Source: an uncultured Gemmataceae bacterium | GTDB taxonomy: Bacteria > Planctomycetota > Planctomycetia > Gemmatales > Gemmataceae | Reading direction: 5' to 3' | Assembly: GCA_963750165.1 (NCBI GenBank) | Contig: CAVVPN010000011.1 | Location: 1,312,001-1,376,000 of the forward strand | DNA length: 64,000 bases | Shown here: in pieces, positions 40,008 to 49,833 of the stretch | How the letters are laid out: each line of letters opens with the position of its first letter | How positions within the stretch are numbered: the stretch's first letter is position 1 | Program-made: the position numbers and the translations under genes | The notes under the pieces: model-generated | Told to the model about the DNA's origin: nothing | Databases searched by the model: none | The model's input: the letters and a program-made list of their open reading frames with translations, nothing else

Positions 40008-41657
40008 ATGCGTTCTCGTCTTGGGTGCTTCGTAAGCCTGGCAGTGCTACTGGCCTGCCCGCTCGCCGCCGGGGCACAGCCGCCGGCCAAAAACGCCAGC
40101 GCGCGCGACGCGCAGGTTCTGGCCGAAAAGATTGACTGGTATCTCGCCGGTCACTGGGCCGGCGCCCGCGTCCAGCCGGCGGCGCCGGCCAGCGACGCCG
40201 AATTCCTGCGCCGCCTCTATCTCGACCTGGCCGGTCGCATCCCGACCATCGCCGAGGCACGGGCCTTCCTCGCCGACCAACGCCCCGACCGCCGTGCTCG
40301 CCTCGTCGAGCGACTGCTGGCCAGCCCGCGCTACGTCACGCACTTCACCAACGTCTGGCGCGCGTTGCTCATCCCCGAGGCCAACAACAATTTCATCGTC
40401 CGTCTGCAACAAGAAAGCTTCGAGTCGTGGCTGAAGCAGCGCGTGGCCACCAACGTCGGCTACGACCAGCTGGCCCGCGACCTGATCGAGGCACCGATCC
40501 AGGCCAGTGGCCTCGGGCCCGCGGCGTTCACCGGCGGCGGCGGCCCCAGCCCGTTGGCGTTCTACTCCGCCAAGGAATTCCAGCCCGAAAACCTGGCGGC
40601 CGGCACCGCCCGCATCTTCCTCGGCGTCAGTGTCGAGTGCGCCCAGTGCCACAACCACCCCTTCGCCAAGTGGAGGCGCGATCAGTTCTGGAGCTTCGCC
40701 GCCTTCTACTCCGGCGTGCAGTCGCAGCGCGTCATGGACTTCCTGTTGCCCGGTAAGGACATCGCGGATCGCAAGGAGATCAAAATCCCCGGCACCGACA
40801 AGGTCGTCCAGGCCAAGTACCTCGACGAGAGTCAGCCGAACTGGAAGGCCAACCTCACCACGCGCAAGACGCTGGCCGAATGGGTGACCGCCCCCGCCAA
40901 CCCCTACTTCAGCCGCACCGCTGTCAACCGCACCTGGGCCTACTTCTTCGGCACCGGCCTGGTTGAGCCCGTCGATGAGATGGTCGGTGCCAACACGGTC
41001 GCCAGCCATCCCGTGCTGCTCGACCTGCTCGCCCGTGAGTTTGCCGAGCACAAATTCGATGTGAAGTTCCTGATCCGGGCCATCACTGCGACGCGCGCCT
41101 ATCAACTCACCAGCGCCGGCAAGGACAAGAAGCTGGACGACCCGACGCTGGTGGCGCGGATGCCCCTGCGCGGCCTGACGCCGGAGCAGTTCTTCGACAG
41201 CCTGGTGACGGCCACCGGGTTCCGCGACAGCGGCAGCAGCGGCAACGACCTGCTCAGCGCCATCACCGGCGGCGCCAAGTCCGCGCGCAGCCAGTTCCTG
41301 AGCAAGTTCGGCAACCAGACCGAGCGCCCCACCAAGGCACAGATGTCCATCCTGCAAGCGTTGTCGCTGATGAACGGCAAGGTCATCAGCGACGCCACCT
41401 CGTTGGAGAACAGCGAGACGTTGACGGCCCTGCTCGACGCCCCGTTCCTGAGCACCAGCCAGCGCGTCGAGGCCCTTTACCTGGCAGTGCTGGCGCGTCA
41501 GCCGAATTCCAGGGAACTGGAACGGTCGGTGCGCTTCGTCGAGGAGACGGCCCAGGCCACGAAGGGCGACGCGGCCCGCCGTGCCGCCTATAACAACGCT
41601 GTCGCCGATGTCTTTTGGGCGCTGCTCAATACCTCCGAATTTAGCCTGAACCATTAA
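40008..41657 (+). CDS. DUF1549/DUF1553 domain protein
   Basis: DAEFLRRLYLDLAGRIPT, CAQCHNHP, VNRTWAYFFGTGLVEPVD; AGGAGG RBS. Confidence 0.95.
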   Translation: MRSRLGCFVSLAVLLACPLAAGAQPPAKNASARDAQVLAEKIDWYLAGHWAGARVQPAAPASDAEFLRRLYLDLAGRIPTIAEARAFLADQRPDRRARLVERLLASPRYVTHFTNVWRALLIPEANNNFIVRLQQESFESWLKQRVATNVGYDQLARDLIEAPIQASGLGPAAFTGGGGPSPLAFYSAKEFQPENLAAGTARIFLGVSVECAQCHNHPFAKWRRDQFWSFAAFYSGVQSQRVMDFLLPGKDIADRKEIKIPGTDKVVQAKYLDESQPNWKANLTTRKTLAEWVTAPANPYFSRTAVNRTWAYFFGTGLVEPVDEMVGANTVASHPVLLDLLAREFAEHKFDVKFLIRAITATRAYQLTSAGKDKKLDDPTLVARMPLRGLTPEQFFDSLVTATGFRDSGSSGNDLLSAITGGAKSARSQFLSKFGNQTERPTKAQMSILQALSLMNGKVISDATSLENSETLTALLDAPFLSTSQRVEALYLAVLARQPNSRELERSVRFVEETAQATKGDAARRAAYNNAVADVFWALLNTSEFSLNH

Positions 41658-41679
41658 TCCTCAGCAGGAGACTCAACGC

Positions 41680-43046
41680 ATGTCATCTAACAGTTCGAAT
41701 CGCGCGGCACTCACGCGCCGCGATTGGCTCCAGCTGTCGGCGGCGGGCGTGGTCGGTTATTCGCTGTCCGGTTGGCTGCCGCGCCTTGCGGCCCAGGCGG
41801 GCAACAACCCGCGGCGGCACCGCTCGTGCATCCTGTTGTGGATGAACGGCGGCCCGAGCCAGATGGACACCTTCGATTTGAAGCCCGGCACCGACAACGG
41901 CGGCCCCGTCCGCGAGATTCCGACCAGCGTGCCCGGCATCCGCATCAGCGAACACCTGCCGCGCGTGGCTCGCCAAATGAACGACCTCGCCATCATCCGC
42001 TCCATGAGCAGCCGCGAGGCCGACCACGGCCGGGCCACTTACCAGATGCGCACCGGCTACCTGCCGGGCGGCCCGGTCCAGTATCCGACGCTCGGGTCGC
42101 TGTTCTCCAAGGAACTGGAGCGGCCCGGCGCCGAACTGCCGAACTTCGTCAGCATCGCACCGTACCCGTTCTTCAGCCCGGCGGCCTACGCTCCTGGCTT
42201 CCTTGGTCCGCAGTACGCCCCGCTCGTGCTCGCCGGCGACCGGCAGGCGCTGCTGCCGATTCCCAACCAGCAGTCCAACTATCAGGCGGACCTGCAGGTG
42301 CAGGACCTCGAATTGCCCGACGAGGTCAGTGCCGGCCGCGCCGCGCCCGGTTGCAACTGCTCGACGAGATGGAAGGCGACTTCCTTGAAGAGCACGGCGG
42401 GCTGCCGGCACTGGGCCATCGCACCGCCTACCAGCACGCGGTCACGCTGATGCGTTCCACGGCGCGGCGTGCCTTCAACCTGGACGAGGAGCCGGCGCGG
42501 CTGCGCGACCGCTACGGCCGCAACCTGTTCGGCCAGGGCTGTCTGCTGGCGCGGCGGTTGATCGAGCGCGGCGTGCCGTTCGTCGAGGTGTCGCTGGCGA
42601 CGGTGGGCAACCTGGCCCTGGGCTGGGACACCCACATCAATAACTTCGCCGCCGTCCGCCAGATGAGTGCGGTGCTCGATCCGGCCTGGGCCACGCTGAT
42701 GGACGATCTGCGGGGGCGCGGCCTGCTCGACAGCACGCTGATCGTGTGGATGGGCGAATTCGGCCGCACGCCGCGCATCAACCCGCAGCAGGGCCGCGAT
42801 CACTGGGCCAACGCCTGGACGACCGTGCTGGGCGGCGGCGGCATTCGTGGCGGCCAGGCCATCGGCCGCACCAGCGCCGACGGCACCACGGTCGAGGCCG
42901 AGCGGCCCACCTCCGTGCCGGACTTCATCGCCACCATTGCCACCGCCCTCGGCCTCGATCTGACCGCCCAGAACATCTCCAACGTCGCTCGCCCCATCCG
43001 TCTCGTCGATGCCAGCGGCCGGCCGATCCGGGAGGTGCTCCGATGA
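41680..43046 (+). CDS. DUF1501 domain protein, frameshift near 42340
   Basis: GGPSQMDTFDLKP in the 41680 frame; ARRLIERGV, GEFGRTP and GRDHW in the second frame. Confidence 0.9.
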
Positions 43047-44866
43047 ACCAATTCTTCCTGTCGTGCAGGCTGCCGGCCTGCCTGGCGATTCTGGCGGCGG
43101 CCTTCGTCGTGACGCCTGGGTTGCTGGCTCAGGCGCCGGCGGTCCAGCAGCCTCCCAGGGCGCAACCGGCCGGCGAAGTGCAGGACTTCGTCTTTCTCGC
43201 CGAGGCCCGGCCGATCCTCGTCCGGCTCCGCGTTCAGGTGGACGGTGCGCCCGTCCAGGCCGGTTACGCTGCATTCCTGAAGCACCTGTTCGCCTACCTC
43301 GACGTGGACGGCAACGGTGTGCTGAACAAGGCGGAAGCCGAACGTATTCCGCCGCTGGATCAGATTCTCAGCGGTATGCCCGTGTCGGGCATCGCCGCGT
43401 TCGGCGGTGGCGGTGGACCGGCGGGACCGACCTTCGCCGACATCGACACCAACAAGGACGGCAAGGTGAACCTGGCGGAGTTGACGGCGTACTACCGCGG
43501 CAAAGGCTTCACGCCGTTCCAGACGGAGTTTGATGCGAAACAGGGGAACCAGTTCGCCATGCTGGGCGGCGGCGGCCCGAGCCGGCCGACGCCGGCCGCC
43601 ATCGGCGAGGCGGTGTTTAACTTGCTCGACACCGACAAGGACGGCAAGCTGACGGCGGCCGAACTGGCCGTCGCGGCGGACGTGCTGCTCCGCAAGGACG
43701 AGAACGAAGACGACCTGGTCACGCCGCGAGAACTGGTGCCGAACAAGGGGGGCCAGAAGGCCAAGGGCGGCGGCGGTATGATGGCCTTTGGCCTCGGCCA
43801 GGCCAAGACGCCCGAGAACCCCTACGTGGTGCTGGTCGATGCGAAGCGGCACGCCCCGAACCTGGTGAGTCATTTTCAGAAGCGGTACGGCGCGGGCATT
43901 GCCCCGGACCAGTTGAAGCTCAGCCGCAAGACGCTGGGTCTCGATGACAAGGCGTTTGCCGCGCTCGACGCCAACGGCGACGGCGTCGTGGACGCGAAGG
44001 AACTGGCGGGCTTTGTGAAGCGGACGCCGGACGTGGAACTGGTGTTGCGCCTGGGCACACTGGAGCTGAACGAGCAGCGCGTGCAAATGCTGGCCGGCAC
44101 CGGCGTCAGCTTCAAGGCACGGGACCACTTGGCCCTGTTCGACCTGGGCGCGACGCGGCTGGAGCTGCGCGGCTACGAGCACGAACGCACGGATCGCCTC
44201 GGCGGCATTGTGCGGACGCAGTTCCTGGCACAGTTCCAGCAGGCGGCCAAGGGTGGCAAGGGCGACCTGAACGCGAAACAAGCCGAGGCCAGCCCGCTCT
44301 TCCGCAGCGTGTTCAAGGCGATGGACCGCGATGGCGACGGCAAGGTTACCGAGCAGGAGTTCGTCGCTTACCTCGACAAGTTGGAGGACCTCAAGCGGCG
44401 TGCCCGTGCCGCCTGCGTGACGCTGGTGGTGGAGGACCAGAGCCGCGGCCTGTTCGACTTGCTGGACACCAACCGCGACGGCCACCTGAGTCTCCGTGAG
44501 TTGCGCGGCGCCGACCGCTTACTGCTGGAGCTGGGCTGCGTCCGCAAGGGCTTTTTGACGAAGGCCGACCTGCCGCGGAGTTACTTGTTGAAACTGCGTC
44601 GTGGTTCGGCCAAACAGGGCGGGTTCGATCTCAGCGAGGTGTTCGAGCAGCTTTACCAGGGTTCGTACGAGGAATCCGGCGGTGACTACGCCACCGCCGG
44701 CCCGATGTGGTTCCGCAAGATGGACCGCAACCGCGACGGCGACGTGTCGCGCAAGGAGTTCCTCGGCACCGACGATCAGTTCCGTGAGATCGACGCGGAC
44801 GGCGACGGCCTCATCAGCGCCGCGGAGGCGGAGCGCTACGACGCGCTGTGCCGCAAGAAGCAGTGA
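43043..44866 (+). CDS. Secreted multi-EF-hand protein
   Basis: Repeated DxDxDG loops (DVDGNG, DTNKDG, DTDKDG, DANGDG, DRDGDG, DTNRDG, DRNRDG, DADGDG). Confidence 0.9.
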   Translation: MNQFFLSCRLPACLAILAAAFVVTPGLLAQAPAVQQPPRAQPAGEVQDFVFLAEARPILVRLRVQVDGAPVQAGYAAFLKHLFAYLDVDGNGVLNKAEAERIPPLDQILSGMPVSGIAAFGGGGGPAGPTFADIDTNKDGKVNLAELTAYYRGKGFTPFQTEFDAKQGNQFAMLGGGGPSRPTPAAIGEAVFNLLDTDKDGKLTAAELAVAADVLLRKDENEDDLVTPRELVPNKGGQKAKGGGGMMAFGLGQAKTPENPYVVLVDAKRHAPNLVSHFQKRYGAGIAPDQLKLSRKTLGLDDKAFAALDANGDGVVDAKELAGFVKRTPDVELVLRLGTLELNEQRVQMLAGTGVSFKARDHLALFDLGATRLELRGYEHERTDRLGGIVRTQFLAQFQQAAKGGKGDLNAKQAEASPLFRSVFKAMDRDGDGKVTEQEFVAYLDKLEDLKRRARAACVTLVVEDQSRGLFDLLDTNRDGHLSLRELRGADRLLLELGCVRKGFLTKADLPRSYLLKLRRGSAKQGGFDLSEVFEQLYQGSYEESGGDYATAGPMWFRKMDRNRDGDVSRKEFLGTDDQFREIDADGDGLISAAEAERYDALCRKKQ

Positions 44867-45074
44867 GGCGCGGCGGTCGAAGTCCAGATCGTCAGAAAAA
44901 AGTAGCTGAATTTGTGCTGGGTTCCGGCTGGCGTCACTGCGGGCCGGAACCCAGCATTTTTGCGCGAGGCCGCGGGTTGCGCGCATCGATCTGACACACC
45001 ACGGGCGATGGGATCGACGCGCGGTCCCGTGGCACGTACAATCGGTAATGTTCCTCGTTTCTGGAGGCGGGCCG

Positions 45075-45419
45075 ATGGCGGGTAGACAATTCACTCTGCA
45101 CTCGATACGCACGAGCAAGCAGGGTCAGCAAATCAACGTCGGTAAAGATCACGAAGAATACCGGGCGATCGTGAACTCGCTCACGATGCACCCAGAAGAC
45201 ATGAAGGCGCTGAGCATCGCGTCGGGTGGGATGGTCCGGCTGCGATCCAGGGAGGGCGAGGCCGTTTTCGTGTGCCAGCCGGGGAATGTGCCCGAGGGGA
45301 TGATCTTCGTGCCGTACGGCCCTCCGACCTGCCGTCTGTACGGCGGCGAAACGGACGGGACGGGGATGCCCACCACGAAGGGCTGGGAAGTGGAGGTCGA
45401 GCCGATCACGACCGAGTAG
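45075..45419 (+). CDS. fwdD: Formylmethanofuran dehydrogenase subunit D-like (molybdopterin dinucleotide-binding domain)
   Basis: RTSKQG, MHPEDM, VPEGMIFVPYGP, TDGTGMPTTKG; GGAGG RBS; first gene of the fwd cluster. Confidence 0.85.
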   Translation: MAGRQFTLHSIRTSKQGQQINVGKDHEEYRAIVNSLTMHPEDMKALSIASGGMVRLRSREGEAVFVCQPGNVPEGMIFVPYGPPTCRLYGGETDGTGMPTTKGWEVEVEPITTE

Positions 45420-45443
45420 CTCAATTGGAGCAGGAGAGCAGCG

Positions 45444-45638
45444 ATGGAAGTCAAGCAAGGGGACGGCGAAAGCGCCCCGCATTTCGTCGATGACACCGGG
45501 TTGGGCCAGGTCCAGGCCTGGGAAGAAATCGACACCGGGCGGTTCATGCCGCGCCGCATCCGGGGCAGTTACCAGGGGCGGGCGCTCGGCTGAGCGTTCG
45601 TCATTCCGTCCGGTTCGGACGGCCAGATAAGCCGATAA
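45444..45638 (+). CDS. Small ORF (49 aa to TGA; 64 aa if TGA is read as Sec), candidate selenopeptide or leader
   Basis: GGAGCAGGAG RBS; ATG at 45444; TGA at 45591-45593; hairpin CCGTCCG-GTT-CGGACGG at 45606-45622; next in-frame stop is TAA at 45636-45638. Confidence 0.55.
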
Positions 45639-45648
45639 AGGGAGCGAC

Positions 45649-46979
45649 ATGGAACTGAACATTGTGAAGAACGCGACCTGCACGTTCTGCGGTTGCGTTT
45701 GTGACGATATCGAACTGCACACCGACGACGTTCGCATCACCCACACCAAAAACGCCTGCGTCCTTGGAGTGAGTTGGTTCAAAAACCACACCGCGGAACG
45801 GCTGTACCCCGACGCGCTGATCGACGGCCAGCCGGCCTCCGTCGATGCTGCCGTCGAGGCGGCGGCCCGTCACCTCTACGATGCCCATTTGCCTCTGGTG
45901 TACGGCCTGAGCAACATCACCTGCGAGGCGCAACGCGAGTCGGTGGCCCTCGCCGAATTGATCGGCGGCGTGATCGACAGTCATACCTCGCTCTGACACG
46001 GTCCAACCGAGATCGCCGCCCAGTTGGGTGGCAAGGTGACCTGTACGCTGGGTGAAGTCAAGAATCGTGCCGACCTGATCGTCTACTGGGGGGGCAACCC
46101 CGCGGAGTGCCATCCGCGCCATTTTACCAAGTACACTCTGACGCAGAAGGGCCGATTCGTACCCAACGGCCGCAAGGACCGCACGATGGTCCTCGTGGAC
46201 ATCCGCGAGACCGCCAGCGCCAAGGCCGCCGACCTCTTTCTGCAAGTGCGGCCGGCCAGGGATTTCGAGGTCATCACCGCCCTGCGCGCGCTCATCAAGG
46301 GCCAGCCGGTTGATACGAAACTCGTCGCGGAAACCGGGTTGACCGTCAAGCAACTCCAGGAATTTGCCGACCGCATGAAGTCGTGCAAATTCGGAGTGCT
46401 TTTCTTCGGCATGGGCCTGTCGATGACGCGCGGCAAGCACATGAACTCGGCCGCCCTGCTGACGCTGGCGGCCGAGCTGAATGCCTTCACCAAGTTCGTG
46501 GCCATGCCAATGCGCGGCCACGGCAACGTCACCGGCGGCGACGTAGTCATGCGCTGGACGACGGGCTACCCGTTCGGGGTCAACCTGGCACGCGGTTACC
46601 CGCGCTTCAACCCGGGCGAGTATTCGACCATTGACCTGCTGATCCGCGGCGACACCGATGCCGCGCTCATCCTGGGAGCCGATCCCGGGGCGACCATGCC
46701 GCAGCCGGCCATCGACCACCTGGCGCGCATCCCGACAATCGTGCTGGACCCGAAGGTGACGCACACGAGCCGGCTGGCGCGGGTCCACATCACGACGGCA
46801 GTCACGGGAATCAGCGCCCCGGCACCGCTTACCGGATGGACGAGATCCCGCTGCCGCTGCGGCCGGCGCTCAAGTCGCCGTATCCGACGGATGAAGAGGT
46901 ACTCCGCCGCATTTACCGGGCGGTTGCCGCGAAGCCGCCGCTGCCCGTGCCGGTGAGGCTGCCGTTGGCGGCGGTGTAG
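45649..46979 (+). CDS. fwdB: Formylmethanofuran dehydrogenase subunit B, predicted selenoprotein; frameshift near 46820
   Basis: CTFCGCVCDD Fe-S motif; DSHTSL-TGA-HGPT in frame with CTLGEVKNRAD, HPRH and MRGHGNV; the shifted C-terminus reads GTAYRMDEIP. Confidence 0.9.
45994..46041 (+). promoter_or_regulatory. Putative bacterial SECIS element of fwdB
   Basis: TGA, then stem GCCGCCC/GGGTGGC (46015-46032) with loop AGTT starting 25 nt after the TGA; possible lower stem GGTC/GACC. Confidence 0.65.
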
Positions 46980-47071
46980 TCCCTGGCTTTCGGACAAAAG
47001 ACGGGTACGATAGCGTTGCCCTGGCGCGGTTCGCAGTGGCGGGGATCACAAACGGCAGGCCGGCGCTGCCA

Positions 47072-47240
47072 GGCGCCGCATCTCGACGTATGAAAAAGTT
47101 GGCGTTCTTGGCGTTCTTGGCGTCCTTGCTGTGGCAACCGCCGCCGATGGCTGTCGCGCCGTGCCACCCATACGGAGCCAGGGTGCCAACTCTCGACGTA
47201 TGAAAAAGTTGGCCCCCTTGGCAGTCTTGGCCCCCTTGCT
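47072..47240 (+). repeat. 59-bp dispersed repeat, copies 2 and 3 (110-bp period)
   Basis: 47072-47130 is identical to 17656-17714; 47182-47240 is a variant. Confidence 0.9.
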
Positions 47241-47332
47241 GCGACAGCGCAGGCCCCTGCTGGTCAAGCTGTGCCCGCCGTCCCACCGCGTGCGCGATCC
47301 GCGTGCGACCGCTCTAAAATGAGACCAAACCC

Positions 47333-48969
47333 GTGTTGCGAATCACTGGCGGAAAAGTCTACGACCCAGCCAACAACGTCAACGGCGTCATTCAGGACGT
47401 TTGCATCAACGACGGCCGCATCGTCGCCGACGTTCAAGGCGGTCGCACCATCGACGCGACGGGCATGGTGGTGTTTCCCGGCGGCGTCGATGTGCATACG
47501 CATGTCGCGGGGGCCGCGCTCAACTTTGCCCGCGCGATGATCCCGGAGGACCACCGCCGGCACCAGGAATTCGTGCGCACGCTCGTGACGCGCGGCGGCA
47601 TCGGCGGGTCCACGCCCACGACCTTCATTACCGGCTATCTTTACGCCGGCCTCGGTTATACGACCGTGAATGAAGCGGCCGTTCCCATGCTGTCGGCCCG
47701 GCACACGCACGAAGAACTGCGCGACACGCCCATCGTCGATAAGACCTGCTGCGTGCTCATGGCGAACAACGAGCTGCTGCTCGATCAGATCGAGGCCGGC
47801 GAGCTCGAACGCGCCCGGCACATCGTCGCCTGGAACATCTGGGCGGCCAAGTCGTACGGCGTCAAGGCGGTCAACCCCGGCGGGGTAACGGCCTGGAAGT
47901 GGGGCAAGGACGCCAAGAGCCTGCATGATCCGATCGCCGGCTTCGAGTCGGTGACGCCGGGGAAGATCATCTCGGCACTCGCCAGGATCGTGGACGAACT
48001 CGGTTTGCCCCATCCGCTGCACCTGCACTGTAACAACCTGGGCGCGCCGGGCAACTACAGCACCACGCTGGAGACGATGAAACTCCTGGAAGGCAACCGG
48101 GCGCACATCGCCCACATGCAGTACCACGCCTACGGCGGCGACGACTGGCCCACGATGCGCTCGGAATCGGTCAAACTCGCCGAGTACTTCAACGCCCATC
48201 CGAACCTGACGACCGACGCCGGCGCGGTGCTGTTTGGCACCACGGTGACGATCACGGCTGACGGTCCCTGGCAGCACCTTCTCTACAAACTGACCGGCCG
48301 CAAGTGGGGCAACCTCGATGTCGAGAACGAGACCGGCTGCGGCATTGTCCCCTACACGTACAAGGAAAAAAACCTCGTCAATGCCGTGCAGTGGGCCGTC
48401 GGACTGGAACTGCTACTGCTCATCGACGACCCCTGGCGGATTTATCTGACCACCGATCACCCCAACGGCGCGGCGTTCTGGCGCTATCCGGAAATCATTC
48501 GACTGCTGATGGACGCGGACTTTCGCAAGGAGCAGTTGAAAAAACTGCCGTCCAGGGCGCTTCAGCGCATCTTCCTTCCGGAACTGAACCGGCAATACAC
48601 GCTCTATGAGATTGCCATCATCACCTCGGCGGGGCCGGCGCGATGCTCGGCTTGTCGAAGAAAGGAAACCTGGGCATCGGCGCCGATGCGGACGTGGCCA
48701 TCTACAACGAGAGCAAGGATATTGTCCAGATGTTCTCCTACCCGCGCTACGTCATCAAGGCGGGCGAGGTGGTCATTGAGGAAGGCGAAATCCGCAGGAC
48801 CGTTGAGGGCAAGGGGCTCATCGTTCGGCCTACTTACGACGAGAAGATCGAGGACTACATCCGCCCGAAGTTTCAGCAATATTACACGATGTCGTTCGAC
48901 AATTATCCCGTGGAGTTGGAGCGCGTCGAACACCCAGACATTCATCCCTGCAAGCAACCGACCCAATGA
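47333..48969 (+). CDS. fwdA: Formylmethanofuran dehydrogenase subunit A (amidohydrolase), frameshift near 48640
   Basis: GGVDVHTH, GYTT, KAVNPGG, HPLHLHCNNLG, QWAVGLE, TTDHPNG; C-terminus KGNLGIGADADVAIY in the 48643 frame. Confidence 0.92.
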
Positions 48970-49787
48970 CCAGGACGATCTTCACTCTCAAGGAACGCCC
49001 GAGCATTCCGCTGGAGACCGAGGTTTTCTCGCCGGACGTGATCGCGCCGCTGGGACACGACGAGGTGTGCGCCCTGCCCGTGTTCCTGGGCAAGCGCCAG
49101 TACCGCATGGATGATTTCTTCGCGGTCGAGGGGGCGGGCAGCGACGAGCTGGAGTTACACGGGGACGCCGGTCGGGTGAAATGGATCGGTCGCGGGATGA
49201 CGCACGGCAAGATCACCATCCTTGGCGACGCCGGGATGCACCTCGGGGCCTATCTGAAGGGCGGCACCATCGAGGTGACAGGCAGCGCCTCGGACTGGGT
49301 CGGTGCCGAAATGACCGGCGGCTGCATCCGCATCGCCGGGAACGCGGGCGGACAAATCGGGTCGGCGTACCGTGGCAGCCTCGCCGGGATGAAGGGCGGG
49401 ACCATCCTCGTCGGCGGTTCGGCCGGCATGGAGATCGGCATGCGCATGCGCCGGGGAGTGATCGCCGTCCGGGGCCCGGTACGCGACTTCGCCGGTTTGC
49501 AGATGAAGGGCGGCACCATCGTCCTGATGAGTGGGGCCGAGATTCGCACCGGCGCGTGGATGGTGCGCGGAACGATTGTGTCTCTGAAGCCGCTTCGTCT
49601 CTTGCCCACCTTCGCCTACGCCTGTGAGTACAACCCCACGTTCTTGCGCGTGTACGCGAAGAGTCTCCAGGCAATGGGCTTCTCCATTCCCCATGAAGAT
49701 CAGGCCGGCGCCTATCAGCGCTACACGGGTGATACGTCCGTCCCTGGCAAGGGAGAGATCCTCGTCTGGCGACCCCACGTCTCATGA
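48966..49787 (+). CDS. fwdC: Formylmethanofuran dehydrogenase subunit C
   Basis: GXGXG beta-helix repeats, GSAYRGSLAGMKGG, MRRG, GKGEI. Confidence 0.92.
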   Translation: MTRTIFTLKERPSIPLETEVFSPDVIAPLGHDEVCALPVFLGKRQYRMDDFFAVEGAGSDELELHGDAGRVKWIGRGMTHGKITILGDAGMHLGAYLKGGTIEVTGSASDWVGAEMTGGCIRIAGNAGGQIGSAYRGSLAGMKGGTILVGGSAGMEIGMRMRRGVIAVRGPVRDFAGLQMKGGTIVLMSGAEIRTGAWMVRGTIVSLKPLRLLPTFAYACEYNPTFLRVYAKSLQAMGFSIPHEDQAGAYQRYTGDTSVPGKGEILVWRPHVS

Positions 49788-49833
49788 CCTCACCACGTCC
49801 ATGCCAAAGCATCGTCGCTGGCACTGCTGGCCC

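Noticed and set aside
45028..45046. sigma54 promoter upstream of fwdD (TGGCACG)
   Set aside because: The -24 half is perfect but there is no GC at the required 10-bp spacing.
45606..45622. Hairpin as a Rho-independent terminator
   Set aside because: No U-tract follows and it lies inside an operon just before the fwdB RBS. A SECIS or regulatory role fits better, though an RNA-stability hairpin is not excluded.
47072..47240. Mini CRISPR array
   Set aside because: Only two non-identical 59-bp units, no cas genes, and single copies occur elsewhere.
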